A DNA stretch of 29,070 nucleotides from Polyangiaceae bacterium (GCA_044222475.1 JBGANF010000105.1:1-29070); one strand, 5' to 3'. Counted from the first letter of the stretch, positions 8,199 through 16,731 are shown. Numbers and translations: made by a program. Notes: generated by a model not told the origin, from the letters alone.

Positions 8199-9320
8199 AT
8201 GCGACCCCTGCTCGTCCTCTCCGTGCTCGCGATCGCCGGCACCGCAGCGGCCGATCCACCGGCCGACGGGTCTTTGTACCAAGTTGGTACGCGATATGGC
8301 CGCATCGGCGAGTACGCGCTCGCGGCTGACGCGCTCGAGCGCTTCGCAGCGCAGAGCCCGACCGCGGCGGAGGCTCCGCAGGCGCTCTCGGATGCGATCG
8401 TGTTTCGACTCGGGCTCGGTGACGAGGCGAACGTCGCGAAGGACGTCGCCCAGATCCGCAAGGCGTACGGGGCGACGCAGCCCGAGCTGGTCGCGAAGGT
8501 GGACTTTGCCTACGCGGCGCACCTCGTCGAACGGGGCGATCTGCCTGGCGCCGAGCGCGAGCTCGGCGGTTCGATGACCCGGATCGATCGAGGGCCGACC
8601 ACCCTTCGCATGCAAGCGCACGCTCTGCTTGGGAAGGCGCTCGCTGCACACGCCGATCCCCGCGCGGCCGCTCAGTACGCGCTCGTGCGCGAGCTCGGGG
8701 CCACGCTGAAGCCGACCGCGCAGGACCCGGTCGAGCTGCGCCTCTACGCGAAGGGGCTGACGGCACTCGGGGAGGCCGTGATGTTCGACGCCGATGCGAA
8801 GCGCACGTCGACGCCGTGGCCGCACCTGGCTCGCTACACCGGTGCAGCGAACGACAAGGACGTCGATGCGTGGATCAGCCGCACCGTGAATCCGTGGGTG
8901 GTAGCGCGCACGAACGCGATCGCGGCGCTCGAGCCAGAGTACCGGAAGGTCCTCGACATCGGCATCGTGCCCCCGCCGAACGCCGTGGTCGACGCCGCGT
9001 CGCGGGTCGCGATGATGTGGGCCGACGCGAGCGACGAGCTCGGCAAGGTCGCGGCGGCGTTCTCGCAGAAGGCGCTGCGCGAGAAGGTCCTCGCGACCGG
9101 CGCGCCGCTTCGCGCGAAGGCGAAGCCGTCGGCGATCGCGTGCGTCCAGTACTCGGTGAAGTTCCAGTACACCGACGCAGCGGCAACGGCGTGCGACGCG
9201 TGGCTCGCCAAGAGTTACCCCACCGAGTTTCCTCCGCTCGACGAGCTGCTTCTTCCGCACGCGTATCGCTCGTCGAGCGGAGCGTCGGCTGCGACGCCAC
9301 TCGCGGATCCGGGGCCGTGA
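8199..9320 (+). CDS. secreted TPR-like helical protein
   Basis: ATG 8199 with signal peptide MRPLLVLSVLAIAGTAAA; Ala-rich helical repeats (YALAADALERFA, ALSDAIVFRLGLG, AHALLGKAL). Confidence 0.7.
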   Translation: MRPLLVLSVLAIAGTAAADPPADGSLYQVGTRYGRIGEYALAADALERFAAQSPTAAEAPQALSDAIVFRLGLGDEANVAKDVAQIRKAYGATQPELVAKVDFAYAAHLVERGDLPGAERELGGSMTRIDRGPTTLRMQAHALLGKALAAHADPRAAAQYALVRELGATLKPTAQDPVELRLYAKGLTALGEAVMFDADAKRTSTPWPHLARYTGAANDKDVDAWISRTVNPWVVARTNAIAALEPEYRKVLDIGIVPPPNAVVDAASRVAMMWADASDELGKVAAAFSQKALREKVLATGAPLRAKAKPSAIACVQYSVKFQYTDAAATACDAWLAKSYPTEFPPLDELLLPHAYRSSSGASAATPLADPGP

Positions 9321-9362
9321 GCAGGGCACCCCGGCGCCGACGCAGCGATCGTTGGCGGCATG

Positions 9363-9604
9363 GCGCCCCGGACTGAAGTCCGGGGCAGCAGCGGGCCCGA
9401 TGCGGACTCGCTCAAAGTCCGCCCAGGAGGGCGGACTCTCGATGCAGTGAGTATCCCACGTTGGTACATCGACGTTGATGAGCGGGAGGCCAATCGTTCA
9501 TCCTAGGCTCGACACCATGAGCCCGCCCTCCTGGGCGGGCTTTGGATGGGAATGGCACTGAGCCCGTTGCTGCCCCGGACTTCAGTCACTTCAGTCCGGG
9601 GCGC
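9363..9604. repeat. nested inverted-repeat element (REP doublet/REPIN/BIME-like): A-B-spacer-B'-A'
   Basis: A 9363-9396 contains hairpin GCCCCGGAC-TGAA-GTCCGGGGC; B 9414-9437 contains AGTCCGCCC-AGGA-GGGCGGACT; B' 9520-9543 and A' 9562-9604 are near reverse complements of B and A; lies between convergent genes. Confidence 0.85.
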
Positions 9605-9649
9605 TCAGTTCGTGAAGATGATCGCGGGCTTCCACTGGGTCAGGCCTCT

Positions 9650-10774
9650 TCAAGCGATGCCGAGCAACGACGCCGCCGGGAGCACGACCTCGCGTCGCGC
9701 TCGGACGATCGCGGCGAGGTGAGCTTCGCGAGCGAGGCACCCGTACTCGGGGAGGCCTCGGGGCGGGAGCGCGGGAAACGCTTCGAGCGCTGCTCGCAGC
9801 CCACGCGCGGCCGCCAGGCGCACGTCGTCGCCGCCGCGACCGATGGCCCACGCGACGAAGCGCCACGCGAGGGCCGCGTGCTCGGTCTCGTCGCTCGCGA
9901 TGCGCTCGAGCGCCGCGCGCGTGTCCTCGTCGCGGGTGCCCGCGAGTCGCTCGGTGGCGACGCCCGCGGCGACGGTCTCGCCGACGCAGCCTTCGACGAC
10001 CGCCCGCTCCACGATGGTCGCGAGCTCCGTCGAGGGGTCGCAGCCCGCTACGTCGAGCGCGCCCGGTCCGGCCTCTGCGCCGGTGAACCGCGCGGCCAAC
10101 GCGAAGCACAGCTTCGCGTGCTCGATCTCGTCGAGGGCGGCGCGGTGAGATGCCTCGAGGAGCTCGGGTGGAGCGCCCACCGCGAGAAGCTCGAGCGCGA
10201 AGCGGGCGAACGAGGCGATCGACGCGTGCTCCATGCGCGCGTCCGCGAGCCATAGCTCGGCGAGCAAGGCACGCTCGTCGGCCGAGAGCTCGGCGCGCGA
10301 ACCGTGAGACCCCCAGTCCGCGCGCTCGACGACTGGCGCGACCCGCGCGGTGCCGTCGACGAGCCACGGACGACCGCAGCAACCTCCCTCGCAGAAGGTG
10401 TAGCAACATGTACCATTTTGGTACCGAGGCCCGTTGATCGCGACGTTGCAGCAGCCGTTCATGACCGTATGCGCCGGAAGGCAACCGTTCGGGTCGAACG
10501 GGGGCGGGCCGGGGTTCGCGTCGCTCTGGTCGCCGCCGACCGGCGGGTTGTACCAAATCGATTCGAGCTCGCTCTTGGTGAAGCACTGCTCCTTCGCCGA
10601 CGACGGCGAGGGGCACGTATTGGGAACATCGGCCTTCACGTCCGCGACGCCGGTGTCGAGCGGGACGCTCGCGTCGACCGCGTTACCGGTCGGCGTGCTG
10701 GTGCGGGCTCCGCAGGCTCCGAGGGCGACTGGCGTGGCGAGGGCAGCGAAGATCCGAAGACGCAGCGCGAGCAT
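9650..10774 (-). CDS. lipoprotein with Cys-rich N-terminal region and C-terminal ferritin-like (diiron) domain
   Basis: Lipobox LGAC; 10-Cys region ending CCGRP; ARMEHASIASF, DEIEH, EGCVGET and DETEH four-helix diiron pattern. Confidence 0.85.
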   Translation of the reverse strand: MLALRLRIFAALATPVALGACGARTSTPTGNAVDASVPLDTGVADVKADVPNTCPSPSSAKEQCFTKSELESIWYNPPVGGDQSDANPGPPPFDPNGCLPAHTVMNGCCNVAINGPRYQNGTCCYTFCEGGCCGRPWLVDGTARVAPVVERADWGSHGSRAELSADERALLAELWLADARMEHASIASFARFALELLAVGAPPELLEASHRAALDEIEHAKLCFALAARFTGAEAGPGALDVAGCDPSTELATIVERAVVEGCVGETVAAGVATERLAGTRDEDTRAALERIASDETEHAALAWRFVAWAIGRGGDDVRLAAARGLRAALEAFPALPPRGLPEYGCLAREAHLAAIVRARREVVLPAASLLGIA

Positions 10775-10777
10775 GGC

Positions 10778-11830
10778 TCATTCTACCTCTTCGGTCTTCT
10801 TCATCGCGACCTCGATGCGAACGAGCTCCTGAAAGAGCGCGACGCCGACCCGCTCCGCGACCGCGAGCGATCGCCCGGAGAGCGGGCGCTTCGCCATGCG
10901 CACCGTCCGGGTCGCGTCGCGGAAGGCGCGCACCGAGAGCTCGGCCTGGGCGAGCTTGGGGTTCAACAGCCGGTCGCTGGTCGGGAAACGCAGCGGACCG
11001 TAGATCCCCGCGCGACGCGCTTCGTCGCTGCGCCAGCCGAGGAGGGCGCACAAGCTGCTCATCGCGAGCTCGACGTCCAGCTTCGCGGTGGCCTCCGTCC
11101 CTTCGAGCGCGACGTCACCGGCGCCGAGGAAGACCGCGAGCTCGATCGGCTCACCGAGCGACGACTCGATGTCGAGGTAGCGGCTCGCCCACTCGGCGAG
11201 CGGGGCGGGAGCGGGCACCGCGAGCGGCGCCACTTCTCGGTCGATCGGGGTCGCCACGCCCCGCGCGCCGCACCACCGATCGACCTCGGCCACGACCTCG
11301 GCAGACGTCATGGCGGATTCGCGAAACCGCATCGACGGGGCCAGCGCGAACCGGAGGACCGGCGGCAGCGCAGACACGAGGTGCGCACGCGTCATCACGT
11401 CGTCCGGGTCGTCGAGCATCCACGCCGCGAATCGGTGTGAGAACGGCCGCGCCACGTGGTGGACCGCCTTTGCGCCCTTGACCGACGCCGCGTCGACGAT
11501 GGCGCGCGCCTGCTCGACGAAGGCGCGTCCGGTCTCGTCGTCGGGGTCACGTACCAACCTGGTACCATCGGAGAACAAGAGGTGCGCGAGGGCAAGGGAC
11601 AGATCCGATGGATCCACGCCACGGAGGGCCGCGCCTTCGACGAAGCGCTCGAAGCGTCGAGGACGATAGGACGGCATCGTGAGCAGCCTCGTCGCCGTTC
11701 CTCGGAGCTTCTCCTCCAGCACGACCCGGACGTGGGCGATGCGCGCGGCCAGGTCGAGCGCCGCTTTCGCCGGCTCGTCGCAGCGGGCGCTCACCGCCTC
11801 GAGCGTCACCGGGGCGATCGCCATGCTCAT
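10778..11830 (-). CDS. hypothetical protein (about 350 aa)
   Basis: ORF from ATG 11830 or 11824 with host-like codon usage, ending 3 bp before the ferritin-like gene; no recognised motif. Confidence 0.7.
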   Translation of the reverse strand: MSMAIAPVTLEAVSARCDEPAKAALDLAARIAHVRVVLEEKLRGTATRLLTMPSYRPRRFERFVEGAALRGVDPSDLSLALAHLLFSDGTRLVRDPDDETGRAFVEQARAIVDAASVKGAKAVHHVARPFSHRFAAWMLDDPDDVMTRAHLVSALPPVLRFALAPSMRFRESAMTSAEVVAEVDRWCGARGVATPIDREVAPLAVPAPAPLAEWASRYLDIESSLGEPIELAVFLGAGDVALEGTEATAKLDVELAMSSLCALLGWRSDEARRAGIYGPLRFPTSDRLLNPKLAQAELSVRAFRDATRTVRMAKRPLSGRSLAVAERVGVALFQELVRIEVAMKKTEEVE

Positions 11831-11912
11831 CGTCCTCGTTCGTAGCAAGGAGGGGCCGGAGAGCGCAACCCGACGGGATGAATGCCGAGGCAGCACGGGA
11901 CAACGAATGTGC

Positions 11913-12209
11913 ATGCTCGATTGGTTTCGGGGGCTCTTTCGCCGCGAGTCGCCGGTTCCGCCCCTCATGGTGCGCGCGCGAGCGCACGCCGAGGCACCAC
12001 GTGAGGTCGCCATCGAAGCCCTTTGGCACCCGTCCGGTCACCGCCGGGCCTACCGGTCGAAGGATGCTCAGGGGCTCTGCATGCTGCCGTGGATGAAGAG
12101 CGCCCAGCGCGTCTCGCTCCGCGTCCGAGCCGAGGGCGCCGTCGCCGAAATCGACGTGGACCTCGACGATGCGCGCAGCGGTCGCGCGATCGACCTGGCG
12201 CTCACGTAG
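11913..12209 (+). CDS. small hypothetical protein
   Basis: MLDWFRGLFRRESP...; fills the gap between two minus-strand genes; GC-rich third positions. Confidence 0.55.
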   Translation: MLDWFRGLFRRESPVPPLMVRARAHAEAPREVAIEALWHPSGHRRAYRSKDAQGLCMLPWMKSAQRVSLRVRAEGAVAEIDVDLDDARSGRAIDLALT

Positions 12210-13827
12210 CCAGCAGTGACTCGCGCAGCGCAGCCAGCCCGACGCCGCCGATGCCGACGACGTCGGAGTGGAAGCGCTTGAGATCGAAGCCAGCGCCGTC
12301 GCGACGGGAGCATTGTTCCCGAAGCTCGAGGATCACGCGCTGTCCGACCTTGTACGAGATCGCCTGAGCCGGCCAGCCGAGGTAGCGAACGACCTCACTC
12401 TCGGCGACGGTCGGTTCGAGGAGCGCGCGTTCGCGCATCATCTCGACCGCGAGCTCGAAGGTCCATCGCGCGCCCGGGTGGAACGGCGCCGGCGTGGGAA
12501 TCGGCAGATCGAGGTGCAACCCGATGTCGACGACGACGCGACACGCACGCGTCAGCTGCGCCGTGTACATCCCGAGGACGTACTCGGGCTTCTCGAAGTA
12601 GCCGAGCTCGAGCATGAGCTGCTCGGCGTAGAGCGCCCACCCTTCGGCGTACCCCGCCCAGTCGGCGAGCAGCCGCTGAAAGCGAGTGAGTCGATCGGCG
12701 GTCAGGACTTGCATGCCGACCTGCAGGTGATGCCCAGGGAAGCCTTCGTGGTACGCGGTCGTGATTTCCTGCCAGATCGGGATGGCGGTGCGGGTGCCCG
12801 GCGCGTACCAGACCGTCCCGGGGCGCGAGAAGTCTTCGGCGGGCCCCGAGTAGTACGCACCCGGGCTTCCTCCCGGAGGCGCGAGCTTCACCGCGATCGT
12901 CCTCACCGGCTCGGGCACGTCGAAGTGGCTCCCGTGGAGCTGAGCGAGCGCTCGCTCTTGCCGTTCGCGCATCGCAGTGAGGAAGGGCTCCGGCGTTGCG
13001 AGCGATTGCGCCGGGTCCTCCGCGAGCCACGCGGCGACCTCCTTGGCGGACGCCCCCGGACGGATGGAGCTCGCGATCTCGGTCATCTTGGCCTCGATGC
13101 GCGCAATCTCCTCCCATCCCCATGCGTAGGTCTCGACCGGATCGATCGCCGCGCCGAGGTGACGCCGCATCGCGCGCTCGTATCGCTCGCGACCGACGCC
13201 GTCCTTCGCTTGGGCCTTCGGCAGGTAGTCGCGCTCCAGCCAATCCGTGAGCTCGGCCAACGCGCGCTCGGCAGCATCTGCTCGCGCTCCGTCGAGGAGC
13301 GCGTGCGCGAACGAGCGCTTTGCGCGGCCCTGAGCGATCGCAGCTTCCACTTGGCGGCGGGCGACGAGCCGTCCGCTCGCGAGCCCCTCGCCGAGGAGAT
13401 CCCGGTACGCGGCACATGCCGCTGGCAACGTCTCGAGACGTGTCGCGAGCGCATCGCGACCTTCGGGCGACTTCTGATCCATGAAGTCGAACACCATCGT
13501 CAGGACCTGAAACGTCGACGTGATGTGGTTGAGGTCGAGGAACGGATCGGCGCTCGCGTAGAACTCGAGTCGCTCGTCGAGGTGCTCGCGGTGGACGCGC
13601 ACCGCGAGCGCGGTCGTTCGATCCGTCGCCGGTGGCATCGTCGCGAGGCGCTCGGAGAAGTCACGGTAGGCGGCGGCCTTCTTCGCGACACCCGCTGGCC
13701 CGAAGTCGTCCCAGAGGTGATCGTAGCCGGACACGCCGACGAACGTCGCGAGCGTGGGCGAGAGCGCGCACACCCGTTCGACGAGATCGTGGCTGAACGC
13801 GTGAATCGGATGGGTGTTCGGGGTCAC
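12202..13827 (-). CDS. DUF885 family protein (putative zinc peptidase)
   Basis: SPTLATFVG, AYYSGP...SRPG, TAYHEGFPGHHLQ, YAEGWALYAE, RACRVVVDIGLH, EVVRYLGWPAQAISYKVG; start GTG 13827 inferred. Confidence 0.9.
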   Translation of the reverse strand: MTPNTHPIHAFSHDLVERVCALSPTLATFVGVSGYDHLWDDFGPAGVAKKAAAYRDFSERLATMPPATDRTTALAVRVHREHLDERLEFYASADPFLDLNHITSTFQVLTMVFDFMDQKSPEGRDALATRLETLPAACAAYRDLLGEGLASGRLVARRQVEAAIAQGRAKRSFAHALLDGARADAAERALAELTDWLERDYLPKAQAKDGVGRERYERAMRRHLGAAIDPVETYAWGWEEIARIEAKMTEIASSIRPGASAKEVAAWLAEDPAQSLATPEPFLTAMRERQERALAQLHGSHFDVPEPVRTIAVKLAPPGGSPGAYYSGPAEDFSRPGTVWYAPGTRTAIPIWQEITTAYHEGFPGHHLQVGMQVLTADRLTRFQRLLADWAGYAEGWALYAEQLMLELGYFEKPEYVLGMYTAQLTRACRVVVDIGLHLDLPIPTPAPFHPGARWTFELAVEMMRERALLEPTVAESEVVRYLGWPAQAISYKVGQRVILELREQCSRRDGAGFDLKRFHSDVVGIGGVGLAALRESLLAT

Positions 13828-13857
13828 CCCGACAGAGGTACTGCTATCCTGCCGCGG

Positions 13858-14264
13858 ATGGGAGCCCGATCGGTCGCAAGCGCCTTCCTGCTCGCGATCG
13901 CGATCGCGGTCGTCCTGGCCGCGTGCGCTTCGCCCGCCGCGACGAGCGCGACGCCACCCCCCGCCACCGCGCCGATGGTCGCCAGCGCGAGCGCCGCCCC
14001 CACGGCTCGACCGCAGGTCGCAAAAGACCTCCCCCTCGTCGCGATCGTACGGGCCGATTGGTGCCCTTCGTGCCGCGCGGTGGAGCCCAAGCTCGCGCTC
14101 ATCGAGAAGGAGTACGCGGGACGCATCGCGTTCGTTCGCTTGAACGTCACCGACGACGACACGACCGCCGGCGCTCCAAAGATCGGAAAGAGCTCTTCCG
14201 GACGTGGGGCCTGAAGAACGAGGCCGAGCTCCGCCAAGCGCTCGACGCGGCGGCCAAGCCTTGA
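13858..14264 (+). pseudogene. thioredoxin-fold lipoprotein (WCPSC) disrupted by a frameshift/internal deletion near 14165-14180
   Basis: The first frame gives signal+LAAC, ADWCPSC, IAFVRLNVTDDDTTA and then stops at 14214; the -1 frame continues KDRKELFRTWGLKNEAELRQALDAAAKP to TGA 14264, which overlaps the next TTG start. Confidence 0.65.
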
Positions 14265-14782
14265 GCGAGAGCATCTTCGCGGTCCTCGCGCTCGTCGGGT
14301 TCTTCGTCGTCTTTTTCGCCGTCACGATCCCGCTCATCTACGCGCTCAACGTCCACGTCATCGGACCTTCGTACGACCGCAAGGCGGCCGAGCTCTTCAC
14401 TCGCGTCTCGACGACGGAGAGAACGCTCTACGAAGAGCACGACGTCGCGATCATCCTCACCTCGCGGGCGTTCGCGGCGATCGGAAGGCGGTACCAGCGG
14501 GCGAACATCCGCATCACCGATCGCGCGCTCTACGTGGCGCAGCAGAGCAAGTTCCTCGGCGCGCGGATGGGCCAGCCGATCCTCGGGATCGGGCTCGCGG
14601 CGATCGGGCTGGATCCGACGATTCGACACCTCGTGTTCGCCATGTACGTGGCTGGTCAGCCAGAGCTGGCAGGCCGTGCGATCAAGTTGCCGCTGACGTC
14701 CCCCGGTCAGAAGCACACGCTCGTGCTCGAGCCGAAAGGTGACGCCATCCACGTCATCGAAGCGGTGATGTACGGTCGGTGA
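14261..14782 (+). CDS. hypothetical membrane-anchored protein
   Basis: TTG 14261 coupled to the upstream TGA; N-terminal TM (IFAVLALVGFFVVFFAVTIPLIY). Confidence 0.7.
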   Translation: MSESIFAVLALVGFFVVFFAVTIPLIYALNVHVIGPSYDRKAAELFTRVSTTERTLYEEHDVAIILTSRAFAAIGRRYQRANIRITDRALYVAQQSKFLGARMGQPILGIGLAAIGLDPTIRHLVFAMYVAGQPELAGRAIKLPLTSPGQKHTLVLEPKGDAIHVIEAVMYGR

Positions 14783-14793
14783 GACGCCGCACG

Positions 14794-15654
14794 TCACAAC
14801 GTCGCGGCGCCGAACGTGTCGCAGTCGTTCATCGCACCGCTCTCGTATCCCCGCTTCAACCAACGGAGCCGCTGGATCGCCGTGCCGTGGGTGAACTTCT
14901 CGGGACGGACGCGCCTCCCGGCCTCGCGTTGAAGGACGTCGTCGCCGATCCGCGCGGCCGCGTTCAGGGCCGAGTCGATGTCGCCGCGCTCGAGCAGGCC
15001 CCGCGCGTCGGCGGAGCGCGCCCAGATCCCGGCGTAGCAGTCGGCTTGGAGCTCGAGCCTTACCGAGCCGCCGGTCTCGCCCTTTGCCCCTCCACGCGCC
15101 GAGCTCGCGGAGACCCCGAGCAACGTCTGCACGTGATGACCGATCTCGTGCGCGATCACGTACGCGCGGGCGAACTGTCCGTTCGCGCCGAGCTGGGTCG
15201 ACATGATCTGGAAGAAGCCGAGGTCGATGTAGACCTTCTGATCCGTCGGGCAATAGAACGGGCCGGTCGCCGCGTCGCCGTAGCCGCAGCCCGTCGACGT
15301 CTGGTCGGTGAAGAGGACCAGCGTCGCGTGCGGGTAGCGCTTGCTCTGCCGTCGAAACTCGGTCTCCCAGAATGCCTGCGTGTCGTCGAGGACGAACGCG
15401 CTGAAGTGCGCGTCCGTGTCGTTCGGTGCGAGCGCGCCCGTCGGTCCGGGAGGCGCCAGCGGGCCGCTGATGTAGCCGAGCTTCTGCCCGCCCACCCACG
15501 CGACCACGCCGAGGACGATGATGACCCACCCGTATTTCGTGCGGAGCAGGAGCGACAGGATCAGACCGATCGCGTTCGCGTTCACGGTGGGTCCGCCGCC
15601 CTGCCCGCGGCGATCCTCGACGTCGCGACTCTGGTGATTGGGATCGAACCTCAC
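14794..15654 (-). CDS. neutral zinc metallopeptidase, YpfJ family
   Basis: N-terminal SRDVEDRRG, TM, GPFYCPTDQKVYIDLGFF, YVIAHEIGHHVQ, RLELQADCYAG, FTHGT. Confidence 0.93.
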   Translation of the reverse strand: MRFDPNHQSRDVEDRRGQGGGPTVNANAIGLILSLLLRTKYGWVIIVLGVVAWVGGQKLGYISGPLAPPGPTGALAPNDTDAHFSAFVLDDTQAFWETEFRRQSKRYPHATLVLFTDQTSTGCGYGDAATGPFYCPTDQKVYIDLGFFQIMSTQLGANGQFARAYVIAHEIGHHVQTLLGVSASSARGGAKGETGGSVRLELQADCYAGIWARSADARGLLERGDIDSALNAAARIGDDVLQREAGRRVRPEKFTHGTAIQRLRWLKRGYESGAMNDCDTFGAATL

Positions 15655-15965
15655 GTTCCCCGCACTGTAGCCGACAACAGCCGACGGGCGAACGCGCCGA
15701 GTCGGCGGCGATCGGTGAGGCGCTCCTTCTCCGGACGCGCGAGGCGCTTCACCGCGAGCTCGAGGCGCAGCGCGTCACCTTGCGAGGCGCATCGCCGCGT
15801 CGCGCAGAGCACCAGCGGACCCCGACCTCGGGTGTAGCGCGCACCGCGGCCGGCGTCGTGCGCCGCGATGCGGGCTTTCACGTCGCGCGCGATGCCGGTG
15901 TACAGCGAGCCGTCGCGGCAGCGCACGATGTAGACGAACCACGGTTCCTGGGCGCGTCGAGCCAT
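15651..15965 (-). CDS. GIY-YIG nuclease family protein (UPF0213/YhbQ-like)
   Basis: WFVYIVRCRDGSLYTGIARDVKARIAAHDAGRGARYTRGRGP; GTGA overlap with the downstream gene. Confidence 0.93.
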   Translation of the reverse strand: MARRAQEPWFVYIVRCRDGSLYTGIARDVKARIAAHDAGRGARYTRGRGPLVLCATRRCASQGDALRLELAVKRLARPEKERLTDRRRLGAFARRLLSATVRGT

Positions 15966-15973
15966 CGAGGGCG

Positions 15974-15983
15974 AGCATAGTGT
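15974..15983. promoter_or_regulatory. putative bidirectional -10 element
   Basis: AGCA-TA-GTGT gives TATGCT (minus) and TAGTGT (plus) sharing one TA in a 29-bp divergent gap. Confidence 0.55.
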
Positions 15984-15994
15984 ATGAAACGTCC

Positions 15995-16552
15995 ATGGCC
16001 GAGACTCCCTCCGTGATGCTTCCGCTCGGGACCGCGCTCCCGGACTTCAGCCTCGTGAACGCCGTCGACGGAACGACCTGGACGTCGGCGAGCGCCGCCG
16101 GAAAGAAGGGCGCGCTCGTGATGTTCATCTGCAACCACTGCCCGTTCGTCGTCCACGTGCGATCGAAGATGGTCGAGGTGGCGCACGAAGCCCTCGACAA
16201 GGGCCTCGCGGTGTTCGCGATCAACTCGAACAGCGTCGTCTCCCATCCGCAGGACGGGCCGGCGCACATGAAGGAGCTCGCGCTCCGCGAGCATTGGCGA
16301 TTTCCGTTTCTCTTCGACGAGACGCAGGACGTGGCGCGCGCGTTCGACGCTGCGTGCACGCCCGACTTCTTCGTCTTCGACACCCGACTGCGCCTGGCCT
16401 ACCGCGGACAGCTCGACGACTCGCGCCCGCGCAACGGCAAGCCGGTGACCGGCGCCGATCTGCGCGCCGCCATCGACGCCGTCGCGACGGGTCGCACGCC
16501 GGCGGCGGACCAGAAGCCGAGCATCGGCTGCAACATCAAGTGGAACCGCTGA
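15995..16552 (+). CDS. thioredoxin family protein (AhpC/TSA/redoxin-like)
   Basis: LGTALPDFSL, VMFICNHCPFV, FPFLFDETQDVARAFDAACTPDFF, YRGQLDDSRP, PSIGCNIKW. Confidence 0.95.
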   Translation: MAETPSVMLPLGTALPDFSLVNAVDGTTWTSASAAGKKGALVMFICNHCPFVVHVRSKMVEVAHEALDKGLAVFAINSNSVVSHPQDGPAHMKELALREHWRFPFLFDETQDVARAFDAACTPDFFVFDTRLRLAYRGQLDDSRPRNGKPVTGADLRAAIDAVATGRTPAADQKPSIGCNIKWNR

Positions 16553-16702
16553 CCTCGCAATTTTCGTCGCGAGCTGCTTCGCGCCGCCACGCGGTGTGAA
16601 TCGCACCTACATCGGCGTTACGCGCAGAATCGCGCGACCGCACACGAGAAAAAAAGGATGTAGGCGGATGTCGCGGAGGCACGCGCGATCCACCAGTTGG
16701 GG

Positions 16703-16719
16703 TTGGCAAGCTTGATGCT
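16703..16719 (+). promoter_or_regulatory. putative sigma-54 (-24/-12) promoter
   Basis: TTGGCAAGCTTGATGCT: GG at 16705-16706, 10 nt, GC at 16717-16718, just upstream of ATG 16732. Confidence 0.55.
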
Positions 16720-16731
16720 CTAGGGGCGAGC

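Noticed and set aside
9363..9604. CRISPR array or tRNA
   Set aside because: The repeats are inverted, of two types and only two copies each; no regular spacers, cas genes or cloverleaf.
14212..14214. Selenocysteine read-through or programmed frameshift in the thioredoxin
   Set aside because: The TGA is not at a catalytic Cys position; there is no canonical slippery heptamer; the rejoined protein still seems to lack part of the fold.
12202..14337. 711-aa DUF885 ORF and 648-aa thioredoxin ORF
   Set aside because: The same antisense extension artefact; the domains begin near 13827 and 13858.
15651..15965. GIY-YIG as a homing endonuclease or defence nuclease
   Set aside because: It is the short stand-alone UPF0213 housekeeping type, with no intron, mobile or defence context.
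16553..16731. Possible c-di-AMP (ydaO) or other riboswitch upstream of the cell-wall peptidase
   Set aside because: Only a GTGAATC fragment matches; the other conserved blocks are absent, and the putative promoter lies downstream of it. An Rfam cmscan would settle it.
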